Source: Cycas panzhihuaensis
Lineage: Eukaryota > Plantae > Cycadophyta
NCBI GenBank assembly: GCA_023213395.1
Contig: CM041465.1
Span: 158,045,741 to 158,109,740, forward strand
DNA: 64,000 bases
Direction: 5' to 3'
This document shows, in pieces, positions 1 through 12,953 of this stretch (within the stretch, counting starts at the first letter, position 1; every line of letters begins with the position of its first letter). The notes beneath the pieces are model-generated. The model was not told where the DNA came from, made no database searches, and saw only the letters and a program-made list of their open reading frames with translations. A program made the position numbers and the translations under genes.

Positions 1-369
1 ATGCTAAGGTACAAGGCACCTTCTATGGGTGCAGTATCCTTGCCTGAAAGATCTGTGAAGAGAATGGTTACCCATTGTTCAGGTGCTCAAGAAGCTGTAA
101 AAGATATAGAAAAGAAAGGCTTCAGTAATGGATTCAAAGATGTTGCTCTGGATTCTGGTTGGTCCACATCTGGAAAATTACTATCTTCTATCAGGAAGGA
201 TGATGGTAAACATGAGTTACACAGTCCTGCAATGTTAGGATCTGATTACGAAGGCAAGTACTCTGGTAACTCAATGGGAAAATTACCTGTGACTCGCTGT
301 ACTCCAGAAAATAAAAGAAGACGAAGATGTGAATCTTTTAAGCCAATTGAAGTACAAATGGCTGGGTGA
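1..369 (+). CDS. Probable 3' part (terminal exon) of a host protein-coding gene, product unknown
   Basis: 122-codon open frame running from the window edge, Ser/Lys/Gly-rich, with basic KRRRR (NLS-like) near the C-terminus. No TE motifs; followed by non-TE, UTR-like sequence. The true start probably lies upstream. Confidence 0.5.
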   Translation: MLRYKAPSMGAVSLPERSVKRMVTHCSGAQEAVKDIEKKGFSNGFKDVALDSGWSTSGKLLSSIRKDDGKHELHSPAMLGSDYEGKYSGNSMGKLPVTRCTPENKRRRRCESFKPIEVQMAG

Positions 370-1074
370 AACATAAGCACAATTTGGCATACTGTTGTAT
401 TTACAAATTAATGTATTTTAGAGACAAGATGTTGGTTATATTCCTTCTGTGACAAATTTTGTACAGCCCTGGATGGCTTCCTTGTGAGTTGAAAACAAGA
501 AGGATATCAGTACCAGGAACTGTTTTTTGCATGGAGACACACTAGGTGCAGCTTCATGATAAAACGACCCCCATTCTCTGAATATAGCAGGATGATTCTT
601 AGCTTTTTATTTTTGCTTACAAGCGCTTTTATTTTGGTTGTTGCCTTTACACAGTCAGCCATACCTGTTTAGGATTATAATATAGGTGTTAAATTTCAGA
701 TTCTAAATTTCTTCTGTTGCAGAGATCCCAGTCTTTCAATATTTGCAGTTGCTTGTTGCTTTGAAGAAGATTTCCCAAGCAAGGAGTACGCATGTTTCTT
801 AAATTTCAGGCTTACTCAAAAATCTGCTGTTCTGATGACTGCATTGATTGTTCCTTTAAAAATCAGCTATACATGATATCTAGCCAAGAATACTATAGTG
901 TGATGATCAATTGTTATCTTCAGCGTATATTGAATTGGTTCTTCCTGTCTTCTAGTCCTTCTGAGAAATGTGAGTATTGTTGCATAGAGGACATTAATTG
1001 ACATGAAATAATCGAAACCTGACTCATCAGTTCTATCCATTCAGGTTTGTCTCTGGTATCAGAACTTGACAGGC

Positions 1075-1283
1075 AATTATCTTTTTTTACCATAATTGTT
1101 GTTTCTGCCATTTAATATGTGGGCCTAATAAAGCTCTTATTTATCAGGTAAATGATCAGATTATCCGGAACAATTAGGCCTTGTCTTTGGCATCAGAGCT
1201 TGCCTGGTAATTGTCTTTTACCATAATTGCTTATTTATGCTTGTTAACATGGCCCTGGTAAAGCCCTTATTTGGCAGGTAAAG
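1075..1283. repeat. Diverged direct repeat, about 130-bp period
   Basis: ttttaccataattg...taaagc(t/c)cttattt..caggtaaa occurs at about 1085-1152 and 1216-1282. Confidence 0.6.
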
Positions 1284-2595
1284 CTCTGAAATACCATTCA
1301 CCTTTTCTGGATTGTTCCTTGGACAAGCCCCCCCCTGTTTTCATGAGAGTATGGTTCGTCTGTGGAGGTGAAAGTGTGATTTGTGTGTGGGGCTGGTAGA
1401 TGACAATGCAATGTAGTTCAGAAGCATGCGTTTAAAAAGGTTTCACAAGGGAACTTATCCTGTAGAATTGAGGATGCCAGAATTGAAAGATCTGACAAAA
1501 ATGTCTCTCAAATTCGAAGTATTGATATCAGTGAAATCATTTGGATGTCTAGTTGGTTGATCTGTGCGCCCAAGTCTTGCATGCATGATGATTGAAATGC
1601 CAATTGAAAGATGGTGAAATATTTGTATTTCATAAGGCATGCATCAGGTTAGGACCATTCCCAACAACAAATTGTGAAATTATGAATACTGAGATTAAGA
1701 CTTGAATATGACAAAGATGAGATGGAAGAGTTCAGAACTGAATGTGCAGTTCGTGGGTTGTCTCGGACATAGGATAGGGAATTGATCTGTTGGCATGCAT
1801 CACCCAAACAAGGGAGAGTACAGGAATCTATAAAAGGTTGGTTGATGGTAGTCTCTGCAACACGTACAACACAATGTATAATATAATGAGATACTCAGCA
1901 CAACGACACATTATAATATAATGTTCATTGCTATTTGAGGGGTGGACAGGATAAACGTTAACACACAACATAAAGCCACAAGATAATATAATATTTTATT
2001 AGGCCAACCTTTGCCATTTGGGGGTGGAGAGGTTAAATACACGAGTCCTTTTTTGAAACCCATCTCACCCTATATATAGAAAATCCTTATAATCATAATC
2101 AAAACATTGGCGTGGGACATTATGAAAGTTATGGAGAAATTGTGGATGGAACATGGGCTTCTTAGTAATCAACAATCAAGTAGTTTTTTTAGCTTGTGAA
2201 ATGTTTTAGATACATAGATTTGATTTTTGTTCGGAAAAAAAAAAAAAAAAACATTGAAAGTGTAACACATTAATTTATAGGTTTAAAAGTTAATTAAACA
2301 AATAACCTTAATCCTTTAAAGAAATATTTCAGTGTACTAAATTGTTCCTAATAAAGGTAGGTATTTAATATTATATAAGTAGATGAAGCAAAAATGAATG
2401 CTATCCATCCCTTAATAAAGGTTGTTATGTAATAATATGCTATTTGAGTTTGCCCTATGTATATAACTAATTTAGAAAAGGGCATGCCTAACCATCCATC
2501 TACCATATGTAAGCTATATACTAAATTAAATGAAATTATATTTTATATATCAATATTTATGTATTCTCTCTCTTCCCTCTCCCCTATCCCCACAT

Positions 2596-2626
<31 letters not shown>
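2596..2626. repeat. Compound microsatellite (TA)n(GA)n
   Basis: Seen directly. Confidence 0.9.
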
Positions 2627-3299
2627 TGGCACACACAAAATTTTAAATAAAAGCTTGTTCAATTGTCTACATCATCTAGTGAAATAAAAAATATAAAAGG
2701 TCAAGTATATTTTTAAATAAACGATAACATAATATATTAAAATTTAAGTTGTCTCTTTGTATAAATTATGTCAATTGTGTATAAATCTTATTCATTATTT
2801 GTTCAAATCATAAATAAATTCTACAACAATCTATCAACTTATCTATCTTTATATGTATCCATAAATATTTTCTAAGGATTTATTGTGAGATGGTTTGGTC
2901 TATACAATCACATAAAGGTAGTATTAACATCTATTATCTATTATTTAGCATCTATTATCTATTATTTACATGTTCTATATTTTGCATATTTTGTTTTCAA
3001 ATGTTCCCCTTTCTCTTCCTTCACACGCAAAGTGTTCATTGTTTTTATTAGGATTGCATATGGAAATGCTGATAAAGCTTCTTTTGATGGATAGTTGATA
3101 AAAATCAATATAATAGTGAACAAAATTTTCCATGGTATACCTAATATTTAGTTTAAAATATGCAAATGTGTTATGTGTTCAATCGTTTGTACTTAATTTG
3201 AGGGCTATGGACTAGTCAAATTGAGAGATTGATGAAGTATGCAATAGTGTGATTTTGATAGATTAGACCTCTCTCACATTTTCCCCAAGTTGTTTGGTA

Positions 3300-3700
3300 C
3301 ATGAATTTTGAAAATGAAAGGATGATAGCTTGTTTTGAAAATGAAAGGATGGGGACTTCGTGTTTTTATTCTTTTTCTTTCAAGCACCATATAGTAAATT
3401 CCCACTCCCAATGCCCCCCCTTTTTTTAAAGAATAAAGCTATTGGAAATATGAACTGGTGTACTATTTTTAGAGATCTTCCAAAATGCATAAACTTTTTG
3501 TCAAACCATGCTCTAATCTTGGATTATGAGCGAGGAGATCACTTGCTCGTATCATATATGGAAGAATATGGAAGCATCAGTATGAAATCAATCAATATTA
3601 TCAATCAAACTAAGATCGTAGTCTCCGACAAGAATGCAAAATTCTTCTATGTCATTTCCATACATATGGCATATTCAACCTCGTGATTCTGTTATGGATT
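3300..3700 (-). pseudogene. Possible LINE (L1-like) ORF2 remnant
   Basis: Minus strand reads ...SKIRAWFDKKFMHFGRSLKIVHQFIF... then KKRG(G/A).G, resembling the post-RT motifs WxxKxLSxAGRL and PKxxGGLG. Highly decayed. Confidence 0.35.
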
Positions 3701-4125
3701 GGTTCCAAACTATGGGAATAGATTGACAATATCACAAACTCCTTATGGCTAGTCAAGTAGTAAAAATATGACCTAGAAGTCTAGAGGAATCCCTTCCATT
3801 TTACTTTGAAACTCTTATTATTGAATACGAGAGAGATGAATACATACGTACCAAAGAGAAGTAAGTCCCCCATTTTTTTTGGTTTTGGACAAATTGTTTT
3901 TGACCAATATGACTGAGCTAGATTTAATAGAATCTAAAAAGCTTGCTTGGAGCTTGAAGTGTTTAGTTGTTATGTTGTTATATGTTAAGTTGTCAATTAG
4001 AGAAAATAAATAGGTAGAGAGGATAAGAGAAACAAAAAAGTGAGAGATAGTTGTGAGGTAATGTGCCAAAAATTTTATTTTTTTTGTTTTTTGGTTTTCT
4101 TGCATGCATATTCATAATTTTGTAA

Positions 4126-4153
4126 TGTGTGTGTGTGTGTGTATATATATGTG

Positions 4154-4193
<40 letters not shown>
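4126..4193. repeat. Compound microsatellite (TG)n/(TA)n
   Basis: Seen directly. Confidence 0.9.
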
Positions 4194-4196
<3 letters not shown>

Positions 4197-4199
4197 TAT

Positions 4200-5790
4200 A
4201 CATTATATATATTTGTAAAAACTACCTAAACTTATAATTTCAAGAGTGTTTACAATTATAATCAAGAACCACCTATAGGTATAGTCAATAATTGCCTACT
4301 ATTACAACCAATAACTACCTACTATTATAGTTAATAACTACCTAATGTTATAGTTAGAGAGCTACTAATCCATAATTTCCTGTGTGTTAGTTGCAACATA
4401 TCACTATTAAGTTGTGGCAGATCATGATCGGGATGCCATGGACTACAACGAAACACAATTAGCTTTTGACAAATTGCGACTATGCTATGACAGATTATGA
4501 TGGATAATGACCAAGTTGTAATAGGATGCAATCTCTTAAAGTTAATTATTGCTACCTTTCAACATTCCCACTTAGCAAGAGATTAAATCAAACAATTTGA
4601 TTCACTCTCATGCAAGTTCTATGTTGTTCATGCCATTCATTAGTAACTCCTTTAATGAGAACATTTGCAACCATTTTATTTATGCTACAAAAAACAAGAT
4701 TGACATCACCTAACTCGATTTTGTCTTTTACAAAATGATGTATATCTATGTGTTTTGAGTTGGCATAATAATTAGGATTCTTTGCAAAGGTAACTAAACT
4801 CTATCACATAGAATAGTTATTGGTACTTCTACTGTAAACCCAATTTCTTCAATCAATTTTTTGAGCCAAATTGCTACCTTTATTGCTTGAGTTGCCACCA
4901 TATATTTAGCCTTTGTGGATGATAATACAACTATGGGTTGTTTTTTGTTGCTCTAAGTTACAACACCACCAAATAGATTAAACACATATCTTGTTATTGA
5001 TCTTTCACTATCAAGGGTTTCTATCAAGTATTTGAAGATTCATTTTACCACTACCCAATGTTGTGGCCTTGATTTACTCATTAACTTGTAACTCCTCCTA
5101 CAAATGTAGTGTTAGCTCTAGTACAAACCATTACATGCATTAAATTGTCTATTGCTCTCTTATACAGAATCAATTTCGTAGCTTTTATCTTTTCAACCAT
5201 TTGAGCAAGCATGTCTTAAAATAATATGTTCTTGTGGCTTTATAATTTTACATTCTAAATCTTTTGAGGATGTTATCTGATTATGTATATTGGCTTAGGC
5301 AATTCTTTTTCTCTATTCTATTTCTTAACACTTGCATTCCAAGGTAGTAATGGATTTCTCTAAGATTTCTCATCTCAAATTTGGAAGGCAATTAATATTT
5401 TATATTTGATAAAAGTTATTTATTATTTACAAAGACATTAATGCCACTAACATAAAGAGAAATTATGATAAGTATATTTTCAATATATTTTGCATATATG
5501 TTATAATTAACATTACTCTTTGCAAAACCTTATGTGATTAGAAAGTTGTTTATCTTCTAGTATTAGAATCTAGGAGACTAGTTCAGTGCATATAATGACT
5601 TATGGAGCTTAGAAACTAGATGCTCCTTCCTCTTGGCTATATACCCTCTAGGTTGGTTCATATAGATCTCTTCTTGAAGATTTCCATTTAAGAAAGCTAT
5701 CTTTACATCTATTTGATACACTTCTATACTATACGTTATTGCAAGTGCTAACAAAACTCTAATAGATGTAATTTTTATTATAGCAGAAAT
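4200..5790 (-). mobile_element. Truncated, decayed Ty1/Copia: RT-RNase H, PPT and probable 3' LTR
   Basis: Minus strand has QIDVKIAFLNGNLQEE (about 5665-5720) and KNPNYYAN.K.IDIHHFVKDK (about 4720-4790). tcaaca|ttcccactt near 4560-4573 fits an LTR start plus PPT. Confidence 0.8.
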
Positions 5791-6046
5791 TAGTTGAGAG
5801 AGCCTTCCAAGCCAAAGGAAAATAAAAAATAGACATACCTAGGGCAATCCTTGACTTCAAGAATTTGGCATTGTCCCCTTAAGAGGTGATCCCAGATTCA
5901 TGGATTACATGCATTTCGTAAAACCCTTTGGTGAATAGAAAATATCATCTAGAAATTTTTTTAATATCTTTGTGAAAGGGGGATGTTTTCCATCAATAGT
6001 TTGTAGAGGAGCAAGATTTTAATTCTTTTAAATAAGTAAGTCATAT

Positions 6047-6643
6047 TGTATGTCCCTCTATCTATTTACCAACATTGTTCCCAAATAAGATATAAGAACA
6101 TATGCACAATTAGAGAATAATACATAAATCATAGTGTGAACTAATTGCTTTGTATTAATAAAGCGAGAACTACATCTAGTTCTCTCACAACCAAATGCAG
6201 TTCCAAGAACAACACAAAATTGGAGGGATTCAAATAGAGGGGAATTGATAGATAGTTGTACAAGGAAGAAGATCCTAGCCTAAGTGATGGCACAATAAAT
6301 ATGAATACATCTTTTATATAATAAGGATTATAATCATCTTTTATATTTGTATAGAACTAGCTAATCATTATATACACATTAGTCGTAATCCTCTTTTAAT
6401 CATAATTCTAACTACAATATGTTAATTGATTACAATATGATAATATAATTTGAGTTCTAATTTTGTTTCTTAATTGTAATCCAGTCTTTGATTGTGTCTT
6501 GTGATTGTAATCTAGTCCTTAGTTGTGCCTTTTGATTACAATTGAGTCTCTGATTACGCCTTCTGATTATAATCCTACTATCGATTGTACCTACTAATAT
6601 GCTTCTACACTTGATTTTCTCTTATAAAAAGTTGTCACACATA
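6047..6643 (-). repeat. 3' LTR of element H
   Basis: About 80-85% similar to 37045-37677; contains an internal ~33-bp tandem repeat (tgattgtaatc...). Confidence 0.85.
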
Positions 6644-6734
6644 TCTCCCCTAACATGACTATCAAATGCTCTCACTTGATTACAAATTCGAAATTTCCCC
6701 CCATTTCTTGCCCCCAAAATTTTAAACTACGACT

Positions 6735-7420
6735 ATTGAGGAGACTGCCCTACTCGACAGCGCAATACCTCACGTGCCTCTTGTTTTGAGTATTTAAGCT
6801 TTAAAAATTTCCTCTTAGAGTATGTGGAATCTAGTCTCACAACACTCGATGCAGGTATCCAACCTTTTTATTAAACAATAACATCCAAGGCTAAGACATC
6901 TTGTTGGGTCTCCAATTACTTCATATTTGGCAAATCATCTGTCTACAATCTTGTAACATCATCATATAAATCCCTAGTCAAGTCTTTTGCAACTATTAAC
7001 TCTTTCTACAACATGTGGATTTTCTTTATCAGTTTTTATGGTTGCTTGGAATCTTCCTCTGTCTTCAAAATCCAAGTGCCCAACTTACAAATTACCTCCT
7101 CTAACCCCTCCATAATTTGTAAAACAAATGTATCTTTGAACTTCTCCATTTGAGTTTCCACATTCAAGATGTCATCTATCCACTCCATAATGAGTTTATA
7201 GAGAAACTCCAACCTTTTTTTGGTGAGGATGGTTTTTTTGCTGAGCTTCTTAAAGTTACTCTTCTAGTCATTCATAGTTGCTTGAATTGGAGGTAGTTTT
7301 TGCATCTTATTTTCAAGCTTAGTGATAAGTTGTCGAGTTACATACACTAGGAAAGAAGTCTTATATTTGAAGAAATTTTGAGGTTCATAAAGCATGGGGT
7401 CTAGCGTTTCTTTAAATGTT
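6735..7420 (-). pseudogene. Decayed extra 3' ORF of element H, helical/charged, function unknown
   Basis: One frame of about 225 codons (...LITKLENKMQKLPP...YKLIMEWIDDILNVETQMEKFKDTFVLQIMEGLEEVICKLG...) interrupted only by TAA/TAG codons. Confidence 0.55.
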
Positions 7421-8209
7421 CATCCTTAAAAAGTTCTATTTTTTCTGTCTCATGTAATAATTTTTCTATTAATTTCCACTTTCTTTTTTCTGTAATTGCC
7501 TTTCTAGAATCCTCCTAGAAAACTGTTGATTTCCTTGGTTCGTTAAGGTCAAATGGTGAATTATGTCAAGTAAATCTCCTTGTTTTTCCCTTTTTCTCTA
7601 ATAAAGTGATGGTGTACTTCAATGTACTTCGTTTGAGCATGTAGAACTAGATTTTTAGTCAACTTCATTGCACTTTGATTGTCACATAAAAGCATTATTG
7701 AATTTTATTATTATTGATCTAGGTCTGCCAGAAGTTGTCTTGACTAGATTACTTCACAAGATGCACTAACCGTTGACTTTTATTCAACTTCTGTGGATGA
7801 TAATGCAACTGTTGGTTGCCATTTGCTACTCCATGACATTGCACTTGGTCCAAAGAAAAAATAATACCCGCTTGTTGATTTTCTCTTTTCTTTATCTCTT
7901 GTCAGTTTGAGTTGTAAAACTCGACCAATTGTCCTAACTTGACTTTTGGATAAGTAAGTTATAAGTCAGTTGTTCTTTTCAGATATCTGAGTATTCTTTT
8001 TGCAACTTTCTAATGACCCGATTTTGGATCCTACATGTATCTAGAGACTAGACCAATTGAGTATGATATGTCAAGTTTAGTTATACTGAGGTATATCAGA
8101 CTCCCAATTAGTTATTTGTACAATGTTGCATCAACTAATGCTTCTTCGTTAGTTTGAGTCAAATCACATCCAATTTCTATAATAGTTATACAGTTATTGC
8201 AATCTCCAA

Positions 8210-8331
8210 TTTTAAACTTTGTCAACAAAATTTTGATGTATTTACTTTGAGATAAGGTGTTCAAATATTCTTTTAAACTTTGTCAGCAAAATTTTGATGT
8301 ATTTACTTTGAGATAAGGTGTTCAAATCTTC
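8210..8331. repeat. 61-bp tandem duplication within Copia A RT
   Basis: ttttaaactttgtca(a/g)caaaattttgatgtatttactttgagataaggtgttcaaat occurs twice. Confidence 0.95.
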
Positions 8332-11300
8332 TTTTTGATTAACTTTTATACCAAGACAGTAATTCAGAAGTCTTAAGTTAGTCATTTCAAACCATTTCTC
8401 TAGTTTTACTTTTATATCTACTATGGATCCTGTGTAACTTCCTGTGAGAATCATATCATCTACATAGACCATGATTATTATGATCAGTCCTTGGCTCTTC
8501 TTGGTATATAGACAGGAGTCTAACTTACTACTGTGAAATCCATTTTAAGTGAGGTATTTATCCAACTTAGCATACCATGCCCTTGGTGTTTGCTTCAATC
8601 TATATAAAGCCTTTTTTAATTTACACACAAAATTTTCTTTATCCTTTTGAATATATCCTTCTAACTGGGTCATATAAACTTCTTCCTTGAGTTCTCTATT
8701 CAAGAAGGCACTTTTTACATCTAACTAATAGATCTTCTAATTAAATTAAGTAGCTAGGGCTATTACAATTCTTGCTATATTAAATTTTTCTATAGGTAAG
8801 AAGATTTTCTCATAATCTATCCCTACTGTCTGGGTGTATCCTTTAGCCACTAATATAGATTTGTACTTTCTTATTTTACCATTAGAATTTTCTTTATTTT
8901 ATACACTTATTTGTAATTAACAACAGGTTTACCTATAGATAGCTTAACTAGTCCCATGCTTGGTTTTTAGAAATTGATTCCAATTCCATGTTCATGGCAG
9001 TTTGCCATTCTTTGTGTTGCCTTGCTTCTTCATAAGATTATAGTTCTACATTATTGAATAGTGCCTTATGTTTTTGACTTTTGGTTATATGTATAAACAC
9101 CTCTTTTTCCTTCCTCAAGAATCTTAAGATACCATGTTGGTATCTTCTTAGATGTTGTTTTTACTTGTTTGTCTTCTTCAACCCTGGAGTCAACAGGTGG
9201 TGAGAGTACCCTCTCTGATTTCTTAGCTTCATCCATTCCTATATCTTTTGAATTGATTCTTAAAATTTCTTCAGATAAAGATTCTTCTAGAAGAATCATT
9301 TTTGGTGGTTCCTCAATCTCTTGACATGGAAGTATATCTTTAACTAAATCATCTTCATTGAATACAACATCTCTACTTATATAGATCTTGTTTATTTTCA
9401 GATGTATATATTTATAGGCCTTTGAATTTTTGCTATACCATATCATTATGTATTTTATACTTTTGCAATTATGTTTTTATCTTTTTTATCTAGAATGTGA
9501 ATAAATATTGGATATCTAAACATTTTTAAATTACTCACATCTTGTTTGTATCCTGTCTAGGACTCTTTTGGTGTAATTTGATCTAGGGCTTAAGTTAGAC
9601 TTTGGTATATCAGATACCTAGCTATGTTTATTGCTTTTGCCCAATATGTCCTCAAGATCTGCCTTCCTTAGATCATACTATATGCCATTTCAATGATTAT
9701 TCTATTTTTGTGCTATACTACTCTATTAGACCGTGGTGTATTTGGAGTTGTGAGCTGTCTACATATTCTATGAAACCTACAGAAGTTCAGCAGATCTTTT
9801 GAGATGTATTCTCTAACTCTATCAAACTTGATACATTTTATTTTATTTTCACATTCAAGTTCAACATTTGCCTTAAATTCTTTAAATTTTTTTAAAACTT
9901 TAGATTTATTATAAAGAAAGTAAATCCATATTTTCCTAGAGAAATCATTGATGAAGGTGGTAAAGTATGTACCTCTATTTATGGAACATAGAGTGATTAA
10001 CCTATATAAATATGTGTGAATTAACTCTAATTTGGCTTTTACTCTCTATTCATCTTTTTTAAAAGGAAAATAATATTATTTTCCAAGAAAGCAACATTTA
10101 CAAATTAGACGCTAAAATAAAACGTTAAGAAGACTAATAACCATTCTATATTTATACAATAATTCTAATATATTTGAAGAGATATGTCTATATTTCAAAT
10201 GCCAGAGTTTTTTATTATCAATATTTACAATAATATACACTTTTACATCCTTCTTTTCAATAATAAGGTTAGAAAGTTGTCTATATAGATCATTGTTTTC
10301 TATACCTTTGGTAATTTCAATACCACCCTTTTTCATATCTAGAATATGATAATAACTTTTTTTATAAAAAATGCTTACTAGTTTTTCTTACAGAGTTGAG
10401 AAATAAATAAAAGATTCTTTTTGAGTCTAGACATAAATAGTACATTATCATTTTTTTGGATAATGCCTTTCACTTCAATAGTCACAATGCCAACCCCTAT
10501 GATGTTAAGTGGGTATTTATCTTCTAACTTAACTGATTTGTTAGGAGAGTAAGGTTTGAGTATTTCAAACCAATCTTCACATCTAGTCATATGTTTGGAA
10601 CCGTTGAAGTTAATGTACCTAACTTCTTTATCTTTAATACTTGTAGTCATTGTAGCTACAAAAGCTATTTCCTCTTTGTCTTCATCAGGACTAATTTGTA
10701 CCTTACTATAGTTGCCTAGTGGTCTTTTCCCTCTCTAGATCTCTGCTCTTCTTTATGAGAACTAGTAAGGGTAATATCCAGGTTATCTATAATAGTAGCA
10801 TGTGTCAAAGAATCTATAGTTACTGAAAAAATGCCCTAGCTTCTCATAGTTAAAACAAACCCTGGCATCCCTAGGAGGGATTGAATATCCTCAACCTCTG
10901 CTCTCATATCCTCTTCCATGGGATTGATCTTTGACATCTGGTATACATGCACATCCACGAGCTTGTCCTCTTCCCCTTGGTCCCATATTGAGTTTAGTTA
11001 GGAATGCATCTTCTATCTCTATTATATCTGTATATCATTTGTTTCTCTATTCCTACCTTAAAAGCAACCCTGTTAAGGTGTCAAGAGACATTGTTGTAAT
11101 TTGATCATTATTTATTATAGTATTAACCATGACATTAAAAGATTTTAAAAGTTTGATTGCAATCATTTTATAATTTCTTAATTTGATATATTCACTTCAG
11201 CACTCAATAGATCATTTCTAATTAAGGTGACCTTGTGAATAAATTCTGAAATAGTTTTTGTTTTCTTTATATACAACTTAAATAATTCTTCCTTTAGAGT

Positions 11301-12603
11301 TATGATTCTGGCCCTATTATTTTGACTATATAAATTTTTAAATATCTTCCAAATTTTAGAAAAGAATTTAACTTGTTAATATAATAAGAAGTAGATCAGA
11401 AACATACAATATTAATACTATCATCCATGCATTATCTCTTTCTTCTCAACTAGTTTGGGTAGCACTAGCAACATTACTTTGTTTTTTTTTTTCCAACCTT
11501 AGTTGCTATATTCTATGCATTCTTGGCCCTTAACAAGGTCTTAACCTTAATTTTTCACATATGATAATTGGTTTCTGTTAGTTTATCTTGTTCACCAAGT
11601 GTTAAGATAGAGGAGGCCCTTTTTTGAAATTATTAGGCAATAACAAGATCAGGTCATATGATTATATGAAATTTTATATAAAAATGAAGGCATACATATG
11701 ATAACAAAAAATATCTCAAATTGAAACACTTTTCATAAGGAATCTAAATATGTAATTATTTCTGAGATATTCTTTTTCATTTGGAAGCAAATAACCTTAA
11801 AATCTTTGAAAGGACCACTATGATTTTTTCAAAAAATACTTGAAACTTGAGGAAAGTTTAACCAATCTTCTCAAAGTAGAAATTAATAGTTTCACATTAA
11901 TGAGAAGAAGAAAATATGATAGATATTACTCAGAATTTAGGACTACTTTGAGTAGAATTTGAATTCTCATCTTCAATCTTGTGTGGCTATTAAAAGGGCA
12001 AAATTGAAAAGAGTGGATCTATCCTTCATCTCTATGCACTAAACACAAAGGCAAACATTGAAGCAAGAGAGACTTAAGAGAAAGAAAGTAGCTCTCACAA
12101 AATGGGGATTAAGAATGAACCTCCTCCAATGATATTTTACTTTTATATTGAGAGAGGGAGCATTAGAGTTAGGTGAAATGAAATTACATATAATGCATAT
12201 GAAAATGCATTTTACTTAAATGATTTAATTTAATGTTCACTTAAGATCCTTTTTAGAAATAATCAACTAATATAATGACCTTGTGACATTAATTAGTTTC
12301 AATCTCTCCCTCAATGGTAGAAGGTCATTTCATCATATTTTATTCTATCCTATGAGGTCTTCATTTGAGCCTCTTACAAAGCAAACTACTATGACACTTT
12401 TGTGGGAAACCCTTATGGGGAAGAAAACCCATTAACTTTCTAATCTACTAACTTGGCTCATGCAGCTCTTTAAATGAAGCCAGATAGCTAATCAGTATAA
12501 TGAATTTTGTAAATAAAATCTACTGAGTCTCTATATACCATTTGGTCATCCCCCATGCCCTTTCAGGTTTTCATAAGTTTTGATTTTTCAAAATGATACA
12601 AGC

Positions 12604-12701
12604 CTTATCCTTTCGCGCCCACAAGGGATTTTCACGAATGGGATAGAGTAGAGACTTATCCTTCCGTGCCCACAAGAAATTTTCATAAATGAGACAAAGT
12701 A
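12604..12701. repeat. 2 x ~51-bp tandem repeat in Copia B 3' UTR
   Basis: cttatcctt(t/c)cg(c/t)gcccacaag..attttca..aatg occurs twice. Confidence 0.85.
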
Positions 12702-12953
12702 TAATGGTCATATTATCATCTCCTTCAATAAGTTGGAGATGGAGGCCCTAAGGCTGAGCTGCCTTCGGAACTATTCAAACATCACCCTCTTTAGTGGTTT
12801 GATAAAGATATCAGCCACTTGATTTATTGTGGGACTGTATTCTAGTTGAATTATGTAATCATGAACTAGTTCTCTAATCCTGTGGAATTTTGTACTTATA
12901 TGTTTGGTACGATCGTGAAATACATGATTTTTAGCCATTTGGATTATAGATTG

